Positions 19,178 through 30,439 are shown, counted from the first letter of the stretch. The stretch is DNA of 64,000 nucleotides from Acidobacteriota bacterium (GCA_040349255.1 JBEQUE010000218.1:24036-88035), one strand, 5' to 3'. Notes: a model not told the origin generated them from the letters alone. Made by a program: numbers and translations.

Positions 19178-19188
19178 CCGCTTCGTCC

Positions 19189-20076
19189 ATGCCCCGGCTG
19201 ACCGGCATCGTCGTCCACTGGCGCAATGAAGAGCCTCTTGCGGAGCTGACCGCCGCCTGGCCCAGCGACCCGCGGTTCGAGCTGATCGTGGTGGATAACG
19301 AATCGTCGGAGCCCCTGGCGCTCGGCCCGGGCCGGCTGGTCCAGCCTGGACGAAACCTGGGCTTCGCGGGAGGAGCCAACGCCGGGGCCGCCGAAGCGCA
19401 GGGAGAAATCCTCCTGATCCTCAACCCCGACGCCGTGCCCGAGCCGGGCGCGCTCGACCGGCTGCTCGAAGGCTTCGAGGCTCATCCCGAGTCCGCCGGC
19501 CTCGCGCCTCGCCTGGTGGGATCGGACGGCCGGTCCCAGGCGGGATGGCAGCTCCGGCGTCTTCCTTCTCCATGGCAGCTCCTTCTCCAGGCATTTCCGT
19601 TCACCGGCACTTCCGAGGCTGGACCCGAGCCGCCGGTCGGGTCGCCGGTCGAGCAGCCGGCGGCGGCGGCTTTGGCTCTGAGACGAAGCGTCTTCGAGGC
19701 GGTCGGCGGGTTCGACACCGCGTTCCATCCGGCCTGGTTCGAGGACGTGGACCTCGCCGCCCGACTCAAGCAGACCGGGCATGTCCTTCTCTACTGGCCG
19801 GCGGCCGTGTTCCGGCATGGCCTGGGAAGCACCGTACCCCGGCTTGGCTACGGACGGTTCCTCTGGATCTACTACCGGAACCTGATGCTCTATCTCGGCC
19901 GGCATCATGGAGCGCTCTGGTCGCTGGCTGCCCGGATGGCGCTGGTGCCGGGGATGACGATCCGGCTGCTCCTCCTTCCTTTCTATAGGCCACGGCGCGC
20001 GGCTTCCCGGTCCGAAGCCTTTCGCGGCCTCCTGATGGTCCTCGCCGGAGCCGTCACGGATTGGAAACGGCCATGA
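19189..20076 (+). CDS. family 2 glycosyltransferase
   Basis: ORF track 295 aa. IVVHWRN...LIVVDNES...NLGFAGGANAG...WFEDVDL. Confidence 0.8.
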   Translation: MPRLTGIVVHWRNEEPLAELTAAWPSDPRFELIVVDNESSEPLALGPGRLVQPGRNLGFAGGANAGAAEAQGEILLILNPDAVPEPGALDRLLEGFEAHPESAGLAPRLVGSDGRSQAGWQLRRLPSPWQLLLQAFPFTGTSEAGPEPPVGSPVEQPAAAALALRRSVFEAVGGFDTAFHPAWFEDVDLAARLKQTGHVLLYWPAAVFRHGLGSTVPRLGYGRFLWIYYRNLMLYLGRHHGALWSLAARMALVPGMTIRLLLLPFYRPRRAASRSEAFRGLLMVLAGAVTDWKRP

Positions 20077-21002
20077 CGGAGGTCTCCGTCTGCATCGTGA
20101 CCTTCAACTCCGCGGCCGACCTGCCCGGCTGCCTGGAGTCGGTGGCCTCCCTGCCGGTGGTCGTCGTGGACTGCGCGAGCACGGATGACACCGTGGCGGT
20201 CGCCCGCCGCTATCCGGTTGAGCTCGTCGAGCTGAAGGAGAACCGCGGCTTCGCGGGCGGCATGAACGAGGCAATCTCGCACACCTCGGCGCCGTTCGTG
20301 CTGACCCTCAACGCCGACGCCCGGCCGGCTCCGGATTTCGTCAGCCGGCTCCTCGCCCGCATGGACCAGCCGAAAGCCGGAGCCGTCACGGGACGGTTGG
20401 TTCGGCCAAACGGGCATCTCGACGCCTGCGGCATGCGGTTGACCTCCTCCTGGCGCCACCTGGACCGGGGCTCCGGCGAGGTGGACCGCGGCCAGCTCTC
20501 CCAGCCGGAGCGGGTCTTCGGCGCGACCGGCGCGGCCACCCTGTTCCGCCGCGAGGCCCTGGAGGACGTGGCGGTCGAGGGCGAGGTCTTCGACTCCCGG
20601 TTCCACTCCTTCCGCGAGGACGCCGAGCTCGCCTTCCGGCTGCGCGAGCGCGGCTGGGAGATCCTCTACGAGCCGGCCGCCGTCTGCGAGCACCGCCGGT
20701 TCAACCTGCCCGAGCGCCGTTCCGCCATGCCGCCGATCGTCAACTACCACTCGCTCAAGAACCGCTATCTGCTCCGGATCTATCACCAGACCGCGGGCAA
20801 CCTGCTCCGGACGCTGATCCCGACCGCCTTCCGGGATCTCCAGGCGCTCGGCTACGTCCTGCTTCGCGAGCACACCTCCATCCCGGCCTACTCCTGGCTG
20901 TGGCGGAACCGCCGCGAGCTGTGGCGGCGGCGGCGGGTCATCCAGGGACGGAAGACCACGGAGATCGAGCGCTGGTTCCGCGTCCAGGGGATTCCTCTGT
21001 GA
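20061..21002 (+). CDS. family 2 glycosyltransferase
   Basis: ORF track 313 aa. VSVCIVTFNS...VVVVDCASTDDT...NRGFAGGMNEA...FREDAELAFRLRERGW. Confidence 0.85.
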   Translation: METAMTEVSVCIVTFNSAADLPGCLESVASLPVVVVDCASTDDTVAVARRYPVELVELKENRGFAGGMNEAISHTSAPFVLTLNADARPAPDFVSRLLARMDQPKAGAVTGRLVRPNGHLDACGMRLTSSWRHLDRGSGEVDRGQLSQPERVFGATGAATLFRREALEDVAVEGEVFDSRFHSFREDAELAFRLRERGWEILYEPAAVCEHRRFNLPERRSAMPPIVNYHSLKNRYLLRIYHQTAGNLLRTLIPTAFRDLQALGYVLLREHTSIPAYSWLWRNRRELWRRRRVIQGRKTTEIERWFRVQGIPL

Positions 21003-22096
21003 AGGTGGCCCTGATCGGCAGCCGGGGGATCCCGAACCGCTACGGCGGCTACGAGACGCTCATGGAGGAGCTGGCCACCCGGCTCGTGGCGCGCGGGTTC
21101 CAGGTGACCGTCTACTGCCGGTCGCACTCGACTCCGCGCTCTCTGAAGGAATACCGCGGCGCCGAGCTGGTCGTTCTGCCCACGATCCGCACCAAGTACC
21201 TGGACACGCCGGTCCATACCTTCCTCTCCTGCCTGCACGCGTCGCGGGCCGGGTACGACGCGGCGCTCGTGGTGAACTCGGCGAACGCGATCTTCGTCCC
21301 CCTGCTGCGGATCGGCGGCGTGCCGGTGGCGCTCCATGTGGACGGGATCGAGAAACGGCGCGCCAAGTGGGGGCCGGCCGGCCGGTTCGTCTATGCGCTG
21401 TCTGAGCGGCTCGCCTGCGCCCTGCCCGACATCCTGGTCACCGACGCCGAGGTCATCCGGCGGCACTACCTCGACCGCTACCGCGCCGAGTCGGTGCCGA
21501 TCGCCTACGGCGTCGAGCCGCGCCCGCCGGCTGAAGAGGGGGTACTCGCGCGGCTGGGTCTCTCCCACCGCCGCTACTTCCTCTACGTGAGCCGGTTCGA
21601 GCCGGAGAACAATCCGCACCGCGTGGCCGAGGCCTACCGCCAGGTCGGCGGCGATCTGCCGCTGGTCATGGTCGGCGGCGCACCCTACGCGGGCGAGTTC
21701 ATCCGCGGCTTCACCCAGGGCGCGGACCCGCGCATCCTCTTTCCCGGGGCGATCTATGGCGAGGGCTATCGCGAGCTTCTGTCCCACGCTCTGGCCTATG
21801 TCCACGCCACCGAGGTGGGAGGCACCCACCCGGCGCTCGTGGAGGCCATGGGTTACGGCAACTGTCCGGTCGTCAACGACACGCCGGAGAACCGGGAGGT
21901 GGCCGGCGGCGTCGGCCTCTACTTCCGCGCCGAGACCCCCTCGACCCTGGCCGACCAGCTCGATTGGGTGCGCCGAAACCCGGGCCGGGCGGCGGCCCGC
22001 GGACGCGCCGCGGCCCGCCGCGCCAGGCTCCTCTATTCCTGGGATCGGGTCACGGAGCGGTACGCCGAGCTGTTCCGGAGATTGTCATCTCGCTAA
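20999..22096 (+). CDS. GT4-type glycosyltransferase with a DUF1972-like N-terminus
   Basis: Frame of ORF 20900..22096. The GTG at 20999 overlaps the previous stop (GTGA). VKVALIGSRGIPNRYGGYETLMEEL, and a C-terminal EVGGTHPALVEAMGYG (GT1/GT4 motif). Confidence 0.8.
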   Translation: MKVALIGSRGIPNRYGGYETLMEELATRLVARGFQVTVYCRSHSTPRSLKEYRGAELVVLPTIRTKYLDTPVHTFLSCLHASRAGYDAALVVNSANAIFVPLLRIGGVPVALHVDGIEKRRAKWGPAGRFVYALSERLACALPDILVTDAEVIRRHYLDRYRAESVPIAYGVEPRPPAEEGVLARLGLSHRRYFLYVSRFEPENNPHRVAEAYRQVGGDLPLVMVGGAPYAGEFIRGFTQGADPRILFPGAIYGEGYRELLSHALAYVHATEVGGTHPALVEAMGYGNCPVVNDTPENREVAGGVGLYFRAETPSTLADQLDWVRRNPGRAAARGRAAARRARLLYSWDRVTERYAELFRRLSSR

Positions 22097-22187
22097 AATA
22101 CCAGGGGAGCATAGATGCAACTCGCGCGTCGCACGTTAGAATAGCGGGCGGCATGACGAGGCCGCTCCGGAGAGAACTCCCCATTCC

Positions 22188-23642
22188 ATGCTGAAAGAAC
22201 GAGCCCGGATCCTCGCGGTCGGAATCTTCCTGCTGGATCTCGCTCTTGTCGCGGCCGCATTTCTCTCGGCGTTCGCGATACGGAGCTGGTTCCTCCCCTG
22301 GTTGGCTCCGAAGACGTTCCCGAGCCACCTGTACCCGCTTTCCGAGTACCTGCCGCTGCTGCCGCTGGCGCTCGCGATCTGGGGCGGACTGCTGCTGTCC
22401 TCGGGCCGCTACCGCTCGCACCGCACGGTGCCGATCCTCGACGAGGCCTGGGCCATCCTGCGGGTCTGCCTGTCGGGAGCGGTGATCTTCACGCTGGTCC
22501 TCTACATCGCCCGGGTGGACGAGCACCTGCTCGGCAACGACCGCATCAGCCGCTTCTGGGTCTTCCTGTTCGCGGCCTTCGCCTGCCTCTTCCTGCTCGC
22601 CGAGAAGCTGGGCATCCGCACGACGGCCCGGTACGTGCGCTCCCATGGCTTCAATTACCGAGCGGTGCTGATCGTCGGCACGAGCCCCACGGCCCACCGC
22701 ATCGCCGAGTCGATCCGCGTCCATCGCTTCTGGGGCTTCCGCGTGCTCGGGTTCATCGGCATCGGGGACGGAGGGAGCGAGCCGTGGACCGGGCGCTATC
22801 CGCTGCTCGGCCAGGTGGAAGACATCCCGCGCATCGTCGAGAGCAACGTGGTGGACGACGTGATCTTCGCGGTCCACCGCCGCGAGCTCGACCGGCTGGA
22901 GGACCTCTTCCTCAGCCTCCAGGAGCAGGGCATCCGCACCCGGTTCGCGCTCGATCTGTTCCCGCACGCCCTGGCCCGGGTCGAGATGGAAGAGCTGGAC
23001 GGCATGCCGCTGCTGTCCTTCGCCACGACGCCGACGAGCCAGCTCCAGCTCATGGCGAAGCGGGTCCTGGACATCGCGCTCGCTTCACTCCTCCTGCTGC
23101 TCGGCCTGCCGGTGGTGACCATGATCGCGCTGGCGATCAAGATCACCTCGGGCGGCACGGTGTTCTTCCGCCAGACCCGCTGCGGCCTGAACGGGCGTTT
23201 CTTCACGCTCTACAAGTTCCGCACGATGGTCGAGGACGCCGAGGAGCGGCGCCGCGAGCTGCTGCACTTGAACGAGATGCAGGGCCCGGTGTTCAAGCTG
23301 AAGAGCGATCCGCGGGTGACGCTGCTCGGCCGCTTCCTGCGCCGCTTCAGCCTGGACGAGTTCCCGCAGTTCTGGAACGTGCTGCGCGGCGACATGAGCC
23401 TGGTCGGCCCCCGGCCGCCGATCCCCGAGGAGGTCGCGCAGTACAAGCGCTGGCAGCGCCGCCGCCTCGCCATGAAGCCGGGCCTCACCTGCCTGTGGCA
23501 GATCAGCGGCCGGAACAACATCGACTTCGACCGCTGGATGCAGCTCGATCTCGAATACATCGACTCCTGGTCGCCGATGCTCGACCTGAAGATCCTGCTG
23601 AAGACGATCCCGGTGGTGCTTACGGGAAAAGGCGCTTCGTAG
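22188..23642 (+). CDS. polyprenyl-phosphate glycosyl-1-phosphate transferase (WbaP / exopolysaccharide priming enzyme)
   Basis: ORF track 484 aa. N-terminal TM helices and a C-terminal bacterial sugar transferase domain ([18 protein letters not shown]...[21 protein letters not shown]...[21 protein letters not shown]). Confidence 0.9.
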   Translation: MLKERARILAVGIFLLDLALVAAAFLSAFAIRSWFLPWLAPKTFPSHLYPLSEYLPLLPLALAIWGGLLLSSGRYRSHRTVPILDEAWAILRVCLSGAVIFTLVLYIARVDEHLLGNDRISRFWVFLFAAFACLFLLAEKLGIRTTARYVRSHGFNYRAVLIVGTSPTAHRIAESIRVHRFWGFRVLGFIGIGDGGSEPWTGRYPLLGQVEDIPRIVESNVVDDVIFAVHRRELDRLEDLFLSLQEQGIRTRFALDLFPHALARVEMEELDGMPLLSFATTPTSQLQLMAKRVLDIALASLLLLLGLPVVTMIALAIKITSGGTVFFRQTRCGLNGRFFTLYKFRTMVEDAEERRRELLHLNEMQGPVFKLKSDPRVTLLGRFLRRFSLDEFPQFWNVLRGDMSLVGPRPPIPEEVAQYKRWQRRRLAMKPGLTCLWQISGRNNIDFDRWMQLDLEYIDSWSPMLDLKILLKTIPVVLTGKGAS

Positions 23643-24636
23643 GAAGCCGGCCCGCGATCAGCCCCAGCGTCGCCTCCACCACCTCCGCCAGCGGCTTCTC
23701 GTCGGCCAGGCCCTTGCCGGCCAGGGGGAAGGCGGTGCCGTGATCGACCGAGGTCCTCAGGAACGGCAGGCCCAGGGTCCAGTTGGTCGCCAAGCCAAAG
23801 GCGGCGGTCTTCACGGCGATCAGTCCCTGGTCGTGGTAGAGGGCGAGGACCCAGTCGAACTCGCCGCGCCGGGCGCGGGCGAAGAGCGAATCGGCGCTCT
23901 CGGGACCGTGGACGTCCAGCCCCCGCTCGCGCGCCGCGGCCACGGCGGGCGCCAGGATGCGGCCGTCCTCCTCGCCGAGCAGTCCGCCCTCTCCGGCGTG
24001 TGGGTTCAAACCGGCCAGCGCGATCTTCCCGCCGGCGTGGCGGTGGAGACAGTCGAGCGCCTCGGCGATCGTGTCGCCGCGGATCCCGTCCAGGGCCTCG
24101 CGGATCGGCAGGTGGACGTTGAGGAGCGCCACCTGGAGCCCGGGCGCCAGGAAGGCCATCAGGTAGTCGCGGCCGTAGCGCTCCAGGCCGCAGGCCTCGG
24201 CCAGGTAGTCGGTGTGGCCCTTGAAGCCGGGCAGGACGTGCCGGGCGATCGACTCCTTGCTGACCGGCGCCGTGACCAGCGCGTCGGCCGCTCCGGAGCG
24301 GACCAGCGAGATGCCGGCGTCGAGCGCGGCCATGGCGCCGGCCGCGTCCGCGAGCCCGGACGCGCCGAGCGTGATCGACCGGCGGTCGCCGACCGGATCC
24401 AGTATCGGGATCAAATCGGGAATGAAGTCGCCCTCCTCCACGGCTCCGGCGACGTACCGCAGACGGTCCCAGGGGAAGTCCGGGAGCGACGGGCGGAGCG
24501 CGTCGAGCGCCGACCGCTCGGCGATCAGGAGCGGTCGCCAGCCGGCAGGCGGGCCGGGCGCGAGGAGCTTGAGCAGGATTTCGGGGCCGATCCCGGCGGG
24601 ATCACCCTGGGTGAGCACGAGACGAGGAAGAGGCAT
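23620..24636 (-). CDS. pdxA: 4-hydroxythreonine-4-phosphate dehydrogenase
   Basis: Last 338 codons of ORF 23620..24795: [20 protein letters not shown]...[10 protein letters not shown]...VDHGTAF. Confidence 0.9.
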   Translation of the reverse strand: MPLPRLVLTQGDPAGIGPEILLKLLAPGPPAGWRPLLIAERSALDALRPSLPDFPWDRLRYVAGAVEEGDFIPDLIPILDPVGDRRSITLGASGLADAAGAMAALDAGISLVRSGAADALVTAPVSKESIARHVLPGFKGHTDYLAEACGLERYGRDYLMAFLAPGLQVALLNVHLPIREALDGIRGDTIAEALDCLHRHAGGKIALAGLNPHAGEGGLLGEEDGRILAPAVAAARERGLDVHGPESADSLFARARRGEFDWVLALYHDQGLIAVKTAAFGLATNWTLGLPFLRTSVDHGTAFPLAGKGLADEKPLAEVVEATLGLIAGRLPTKRLFP

Positions 24637-24992
24637 CAGTCGCGGTCGAATTCGCTGTCCACCACGCGCTTGCCCCGCCGCTGCTTGAGCTCCTCCTCCT
24701 TGAACATGTAGCGGATGAAGTGCTTCTGGATCAGCAGGTTGGGCCCGACGTGGCGGTTCAGCTTGATCGCCCCCTTGTCGTACCACTCGATCCACCCGCG
24801 CAGTTCCTCGCCGTCGGTCAGGACCACCACCATCGGGGTCTTCGACGCCATCTGCTTGAGGTAGTAGAACTCCTCGGCGTTGGTCTGCTCGGGCGGGCTC
24901 TGCTTGCGCCGCACGCTGCGCGCAGGCATCTCCTTCTTGAGCTCGTTCATGTCGGGGCGGATCAGTTTGCGGTTCGCCATGTTTGGGTCCAT
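24636..24992 (-). CDS. Sm-fold, Hfq-like RNA-binding protein with an N-terminal extension
   Basis: Last 118 codons of ORF 24636..25454. [28 protein letters not shown]...[12 protein letters not shown] resembles the Hfq Sm1/Sm2 pattern. Its stop overlaps the pdxA ATG. Confidence 0.55.
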   Translation of the reverse strand: MDPNMANRKLIRPDMNELKKEMPARSVRRKQSPPEQTNAEEFYYLKQMASKTPMVVVLTDGEELRGWIEWYDKGAIKLNRHVGPNLLIQKHFIRYMFKEEELKQRRGKRVVDSEFDRD

Positions 24993-25003
24993 GCCGGGTC
25001 CTT

Positions 25004-25732
25004 TCAGGCCGGCGGCGGTGCCGACGGCCGGTCCTGACCCTTGTTGGTCTTGTAGTTGTCGTCCTCGTAGGCCAGGCAGCAGAGCAGCCGCCCGCACTGG
25101 CCCGAGATCTTGGACGGGTTCAGGCTCAGGTTCTGACGCTTGGCCATCTGGATCGAGATCGGCCGGAAGTCCTTGAGCCAGGTCGAGCAGCAGAGCGTGC
25201 GCCCGCAGACGCCGATGCCGCCGATCAGTCCGGCCTCGTCCCGCGCCCCGACCTGCACCATCTTCACCCTCACGGAGAAGCGGCTCGACAGGTCGCGCAC
25301 GAGTTGCCGGAAGTCCACCCGCCCGTCCGACGTGAAGTAGAAGGTTGCCTTCTTTCCGCTCAGGGAGAAGTCGACCAGGGAGATCTTCATGTCCAGGCTG
25401 AGCGCCCGCGAGCGCTCCTGCGCGAAGACCTTTCCTGTCATCTCGTTCTGACACTGCCGGTCATAGGCCGCCATGTCCGAGTCGTCCGCGCCGCGCAGGA
25501 TCGGGCGCGCGCTCGACTTCTGGCACGGCTTGAACACCGGCATCGGCGATTGCTCGACATGGCCGAGCGCCGGACCCGACTCCAGATCCACGACCACCCG
25601 GGCCCCGCGGGCGAAGATCTTCCCACCCGTCGTGCAGAGCGTCAGGTTCGTCTCGTCCCGGAACCGCACCCCGACGAACGCGTCCTCGACCGCCGTCGAC
25701 ATGCCCTTGAAAGCACAACCGCTACAGCTCAT
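25004..25732 (-). CDS. PSP1-domain protein (YaaT/RicT-like)
   Basis: ORF track 242 aa. [49 protein letters not shown] is the PSP1 C-terminal Cys pattern. Confidence 0.85.
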   Translation of the reverse strand: MSCSGCAFKGMSTAVEDAFVGVRFRDETNLTLCTTGGKIFARGARVVVDLESGPALGHVEQSPMPVFKPCQKSSARPILRGADDSDMAAYDRQCQNEMTGKVFAQERSRALSLDMKISLVDFSLSGKKATFYFTSDGRVDFRQLVRDLSSRFSVRVKMVQVGARDEAGLIGGIGVCGRTLCCSTWLKDFRPISIQMAKRQNLSLNPSKISGQCGRLLCCLAYEDDNYKTNKGQDRPSAPPPA

Positions 25733-25864
25733 GGTTCATCCCAGTCCCTTGCGACAGCGTTGCAGCCTCTTGCACGATGAATACCAGCTCCGCCGGCCCG
25801 CCGCCGAGGCGCAAGGGGAAGTCGAGCTCGGTACGACCGGAGGAGAAAATCGGGCGTTACGGTA

Positions 25865-27172
25865 TCACGAACCCGAAGCGAGCGCCTTCTCGACCACCCT
25901 CCGGCCGATGTCGCGCCGGTAGACCTTGCCCGGCCAGTCCACCCGCTCCGCCGCCACGTAGGCCTTGCGCAGCGCTCCCGCCAGGTCGGGGTCGGTGGCG
26001 CAGACCGAGAGCACCCGACCCCCGGCGCTGACCAGCTCGCCAGTCTCTCCTATGGCCCCGGCGGTCAAGGCAGTCCCGGCGTGGAAGATCTCCACTCCGG
26101 GCACCTCGGCGGCGTGGTCCAGCCCGCGGATCGGCTCGCCCGTGACCGGCCGGCCCGGATAGCCCGGGCTCGCCAGCACGAGGCAGGCCGAGACCTCCTT
26201 GCGGAACGAGAGCCGGCGGACGTCGAACTCTCCGCGCGCGCCCGCGGCGAGCACCGGCAGCAGGTCGTCCTCCAGACGCAGCAGGATCGCCTGGCACTCG
26301 GGATCGCCGAAGCGGGCGTTGAACTCGAGGACGCGCGGACCGTCCTTGGTGAGGATCAGGCCGGCGTAGAGGACGCCCACGAACCGCCGCCCCTCGGCCG
26401 CCATCCCGGCCACGGTCGGGTGGATGATCTTCTCCAGCACCTCGGCGGCGGTCTCGGCGGGGAGCACCCCGGCCGGGCTGTGCGAGCCCATGCCGCCGGT
26501 GTTCGGACCGGTGTCGTCGTCGCCGATCCGCTTGTAGTCCTTGGCGGTGGCGAGCGGCAGGACGCGCTCGCCGTCCGAGAGCGCCATGAAGGAGACCTCC
26601 TCGCCGTCCAGGAAGGCCTCGACGATCGCGCGGTCGCCGCTCGCGCCAAAACGGCGGTCCTCGAAGAGGTCGCGGACCGCGGCGTCGTACTCGGCCTCGT
26701 CGGCCGCGATCACCACACCCTTGCCGGCGGCGAGGCCGTCGGCCTTGATCACCACCGGCCAGCCGAAGCGGCCCCGGACCTCGCGCGCCTGCTCGGCGCC
26801 GTGCACCACCACGAACGGCGCGGTCGGGATGCCGTGGCGCTGCATGAGCTCCTTGGAGAAGACCTTGCTGCCTTCGAGCTCCGCGGCAAGCAGGGTGGGG
26901 CCGAACGCCTTCAGGCCGCGGGCCGTGAGCTCGTCCACGAGCCCGAGGGTGAGCGGCAGCTCGGGGCCGACGACGGTGAGGTCGATCTTCATCTCGGTCG
27001 CGAAGTCGGCGAGGCGCTGGACCTCCTCGGCCGCGATCGGCACCAGGTCGGCCACCCGCGCGATGCCGGGGTTGCCCGGCGCGCAGTAGAGCTCGGTCAG
27101 GAGCGGGCTCTGGCGCAGCTTCCAGCACAGGGCATGCTCGCGGCCTCCGCCGCCCACGACCAGCACTCTCAT
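25865..27172 (-). CDS. purD: phosphoribosylamine--glycine ligase
   Basis: Last 435 codons of ORF 25865..27247, starting [22 protein letters not shown]-grasp core. Confidence 0.93.
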   Translation of the reverse strand: MRVLVVGGGGREHALCWKLRQSPLLTELYCAPGNPGIARVADLVPIAAEEVQRLADFATEMKIDLTVVGPELPLTLGLVDELTARGLKAFGPTLLAAELEGSKVFSKELMQRHGIPTAPFVVVHGAEQAREVRGRFGWPVVIKADGLAAGKGVVIAADEAEYDAAVRDLFEDRRFGASGDRAIVEAFLDGEEVSFMALSDGERVLPLATAKDYKRIGDDDTGPNTGGMGSHSPAGVLPAETAAEVLEKIIHPTVAGMAAEGRRFVGVLYAGLILTKDGPRVLEFNARFGDPECQAILLRLEDDLLPVLAAGARGEFDVRRLSFRKEVSACLVLASPGYPGRPVTGEPIRGLDHAAEVPGVEIFHAGTALTAGAIGETGELVSAGGRVLSVCATDPDLAGALRKAYVAAERVDWPGKVYRRDIGRRVVEKALASGS

Positions 27173-28185
27173 GAAGGCCTCCGATCCGCCGCGGCCGCGG
27201 AGAGCGCGGTCACGGCCATCGCATCGAGGATGTCCTCGGCCGAGCACCCCCGAGACAGGTCGTTGATCGGCCGGTCGAGACCCTGGAGCAGCGGTCCCAC
27301 CGCCCGCGCCCCGGCCAGCCTTTCGGTCAGCTTGTAGGAGATGTTCCCGGCGTCGAGGTCCGGGAACACGAGGACGTTGGCCCGGCCGGCGACCGGGCTG
27401 CCGGGTGCCTTGCGGCCGGCCACGTCCGGCACCAGGGCGGCGTCGGCCTGCAGCTCGCCGTCCACCTGGAAGTCCACGCCGCGCCCGCGCAGGACCTCCA
27501 GAGCCGCCCGCACCTTCTCGACCCGCGGATGGCGGGCGCTGCCATGGGTCGAGAACGAGAGCAGGGCCACGAGCGGCTCCTCGTCGAGCAGCGTGCGGCA
27601 GCTCCCCGCCGCGGCCTCCGCGATGTCGGCCAGTTGCTCGGGGTCGGGATCGGGGACCACGCCGCAGTCGCTGTAGATCAGCGCTCGGCCTCCGCGATCG
27701 GCAGGCAGCACCATCAGGAAGCAGGAGGAGACGGTCTTGAGGCCGGGCCTCGGGCCGATCACCCGCAGCGCGGCCCGCATGGTGTCAGCCGTGGTCGCCA
27801 CCGCGCCCATGACCGCGCCGTCCGCGCGCCGCGAGGCGACCCGCAGGCAGGCGTAGTAGAGCGGGTCGAGCGCCAGGCTGCCGGCGTCGGCCGGGTCGAG
27901 GCCGCGGGCCGCGAGGCGCTCGGAGAGGCGGGCCGTGAGGTGATGGAGGTCGGGCTCGGCGATCGGCTCCAGGACCGGGACGCTGAGAGAAAGGCCGGCC
28001 TCGGCCGCGACCCGCGCCACCTCCTCGCGCCGGCCGACGACGTTCACCCGGCAGAGGCCCGAGGCCGCGGCGCGCTCGGCGGCGGTGAGGACGCGCGGGT
28101 CCTCGCCCTCGGCGAGCACGATCGTGGCTCCGACCTGACTGGCCCGTTCGCGCAGGCGGTGCAGAAGGTTGCCGGGACCGAACAT
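27169..28185 (-). CDS. pta: phosphate acetyltransferase (short PTA_PTB form)
   Basis: ORF track 338 aa. [12 protein letters not shown]...SFSTHGS...[16 protein letters not shown]...NDLSRGCS. Confidence 0.85.
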   Translation of the reverse strand: MFGPGNLLHRLRERASQVGATIVLAEGEDPRVLTAAERAAASGLCRVNVVGRREEVARVAAEAGLSLSVPVLEPIAEPDLHHLTARLSERLAARGLDPADAGSLALDPLYYACLRVASRRADGAVMGAVATTADTMRAALRVIGPRPGLKTVSSCFLMVLPADRGGRALIYSDCGVVPDPDPEQLADIAEAAAGSCRTLLDEEPLVALLSFSTHGSARHPRVEKVRAALEVLRGRGVDFQVDGELQADAALVPDVAGRKAPGSPVAGRANVLVFPDLDAGNISYKLTERLAGARAVGPLLQGLDRPINDLSRGCSAEDILDAMAVTALSAAAADRRPS

Positions 28186-28203
28186 CGGGTCCCGGATTCT
28201 AGC

Positions 28204-29010
28204 CTATCCCTTGAGGACCATGGTGCCGGTCGGCTGCGGCACGCCACCCTCGGGCTCGACCGTCACGGCCCAGGCCTGGATCTGGCCGGGCGGCGCCACG
28301 TTCTCCACCCGCAGGTTGCCGCTGCCCTGCTCGTCCACGTCGAACGTGCCGGCCGAGATCGGCTTGCCGTCCTGGATCCACCAGAGCTGGTAGGTCTTGC
28401 CCGGCTCGGAGGCCGGCAGGCCGGAGGCATAGAACACGGCCGCGCCGCGCTGTGGGCTGATGAAGGTGTGGCCGCTCGCCTGCGGGGTCGTTTCAAGGCC
28501 GGCGAGCTGGACCAAGCGCGAGTCGGGCGAGGTGATGATCGACAGCGACTCCGCCAGGCGCTGCGACTCGGCGCGGGCGAGGCCGAGCTGCTGGTCGAGG
28601 CCGGCGACCTCGCGGGCCAGGCGGTCGCGATCGGCGCCGACCTGGTCCAACTGCCGGCCGAGCTGCGCCTGGCGCCAGAGCGATCCGGCCGCGATCAGCA
28701 GGCAGGCCGCGGCCGCGAGCCCGGCCCAGCGGGTGACCGGGGACCGCCGGATCGCTACGACCGGCGCGGGGGCGGCCGGCGCCGGGGCCAGCCGCTGGAT
28801 GCGCCTCCGGGTCGTTTCCGAGGGCTCGACCGGCTCGACCGAGGCCGCCAGCTCCTCGACGTCGCCCTGCCACAGGTCGAGCAGGCGGCGGCACTCCTCG
28901 CAGCCGGCGGCCAGGTGGGCCTCCAGCTCGCGCAGCTCCCCGCCGTCCAGCGCGCCGAGGGCGTACGCCGGCAGGAGCTCTTCGTGGCGGGTGGAGTGGC
29001 CCGGTGTCAT
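28204..29010 (-). CDS. anti-sigma factor (zf-HC2 N-terminus, single TM, RskA-like C-terminal domain)
   Basis: Last 268 codons of ORF 28204..29637. HLAAGCEECRRLL zinc motif and TM helix WAGLAAAACLLIAAGSLW. The ATGA overlaps the sigma gene stop. Confidence 0.8.
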   Translation of the reverse strand: MTPGHSTRHEELLPAYALGALDGGELRELEAHLAAGCEECRRLLDLWQGDVEELAASVEPVEPSETTRRRIQRLAPAPAAPAPVVAIRRSPVTRWAGLAAAACLLIAAGSLWRQAQLGRQLDQVGADRDRLAREVAGLDQQLGLARAESQRLAESLSIITSPDSRLVQLAGLETTPQASGHTFISPQRGAAVFYASGLPASEPGKTYQLWWIQDGKPISAGTFDVDEQGSGNLRVENVAPPGQIQAWAVTVEPEGGVPQPTGTMVLKG

Positions 29011-29570
29011 GACGTGCTCAACGCCTGCCGCAGCTTGTTCATGCCCAGCAGGATCCGGGATTTGATCGTCCCGAGCGGAGCTTTCAAACGCTCGGCGATC
29101 TGGGTGTGGGTGAGGCCCTCGAAGAAGGCCAGCTCGATGCAGTGGCGCTGCTCGGGCGACAGGACGCCGAGGGCCGAACTGACGCGGCTCTTGCGCTCCG
29201 CCGCCTCCAGCCGGCCGGTGCCGTCGGGCTCGATCCGGTCGAGACGGGTCTCCTCCTCGACCGACTCCTCCTCGCGCCGCCGCCGCGCTTCCCGGCGCCG
29301 CAGGCGGTCCAGGGCGCGGGAGCGGGCCAGCATCAGGAGCCAGCCGCGCGGCGAGGAGCGCTCCGCGTCGTAGCGGTCGGCCTGGGTCCAGACCTGGAGG
29401 AAGACCTCCTGCAGGACCTCCTCGGCCTCGGCCCGGTCGCCCAGGATGCGGACGAGCAGGCCCAGGGCGACCGGCGAATGCAGGTCGAAGAGCCGCGTAA
29501 GCGCTTCGCCGTCGCCCGACGCGATCCGGTGGATCAGGGCGGGCTCGGTGTCCGGAGGCGGGCTTGTCAT
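29007..29570 (-). CDS. ECF (sigma-70 family group 4) sigma factor
   Basis: Last 187 codons of ORF 29007..30368. Region 2 is EVLQEVFLQVWTQADRYD. Region 4 HTH is ELAFFEGLTHTQIAERLKAPLGTIKSRI. Confidence 0.9.
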   Translation of the reverse strand: MTSPPPDTEPALIHRIASGDGEALTRLFDLHSPVALGLLVRILGDRAEAEEVLQEVFLQVWTQADRYDAERSSPRGWLLMLARSRALDRLRRREARRRREEESVEEETRLDRIEPDGTGRLEAAERKSRVSSALGVLSPEQRHCIELAFFEGLTHTQIAERLKAPLGTIKSRILLGMNKLRQALSTS

Positions 29571-29640
29571 TGAGAAAGGGACCGGCAGCGGCGACGGTCC
29601 CGGGGAGTCTAGCAAGAGTCGCCCCCCTTTTCCGCAAAAA

Positions 29641-30435
29641 CTACCGCGCCGGGAGCTCGAAGGTGAGAGAAGCCCAGAGGCTCTCCCACTCGGCTCCGCT
29701 GCCGGCCGGGGCCGGCACCATGTGGACGGCCTTGACCAGCCAGAGGCCCGGACGGTCGAGGCGCAGCGCCGCCTTGCCATGGCGGTCGGAACGGGCGGAA
29801 GCCCGGGCGTCCGGAGCGCCCTTCGGAATCGCCACCAGGAGAGCGCCGTCGAGAGGCTTGCCGTGGTAGAGCAGCCGCAGCGGCAGCTCCTCTCCGGGCT
29901 TGAGAGCGTAGGGGTTCTTCTCCGCGACCAGCTCCAGCTCGAGGCCGAGCACCCGGTCCCAGCCCGTGCCCGGACCAGAGCCCACCGCCAGCAGCGACTT
30001 GGCGCACCGGGAGTAGATCTCGTTGACCGGAGTCGCCCTGGAGCCGCGGAGAGCGCGGATGCGCTCCAGGCCCTCTTCTCCGAGGTACCGGTCGAACTTG
30101 GCGGAGTCGAGCTGGACGGTTTCATGGCCGCTGTCGTAGACGATCCAGAGAAGTCCGGGAGAGGACGGGGTTGCGAAGCCCGCCGGGTCCATGCCCGGCA
30201 CGCCCGGCACCCCCGTCTCTCCCTGGGGTCCCACCGTCGCGAAGCGCTCGATCCGCTGTGGCTCCCTGGGCACCGGGTCTCCCACCAGCCCCTGGCCGAC
30301 CCGCAGCCGGACCGCGACTCGGCCGCCCGGCGCGGGCCGGAACGTCGAAGGCTCGATCCAGAAGTCATGGGCCCGTCCGGGAGCCGACAGGAGAAGTCCC
30401 AGGAGAACGGCGGCGAACGCTCGCGTCGGAGTCAT
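29641..30435 (-). CDS. secreted DUF4198-like protein, copy A
   Basis: Last 264 codons of ORF 29641..30540. Signal peptide, then AHDFWIEPS. Paralog of 32067..32870. Confidence 0.7.
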   Translation of the reverse strand: MTPTRAFAAVLLGLLLSAPGRAHDFWIEPSTFRPAPGGRVAVRLRVGQGLVGDPVPREPQRIERFATVGPQGETGVPGVPGMDPAGFATPSSPGLLWIVYDSGHETVQLDSAKFDRYLGEEGLERIRALRGSRATPVNEIYSRCAKSLLAVGSGPGTGWDRVLGLELELVAEKNPYALKPGEELPLRLLYHGKPLDGALLVAIPKGAPDARASARSDRHGKAALRLDRPGLWLVKAVHMVPAPAGSGAEWESLWASLTFELPAR

Positions 30436-30439
30436 CGTT

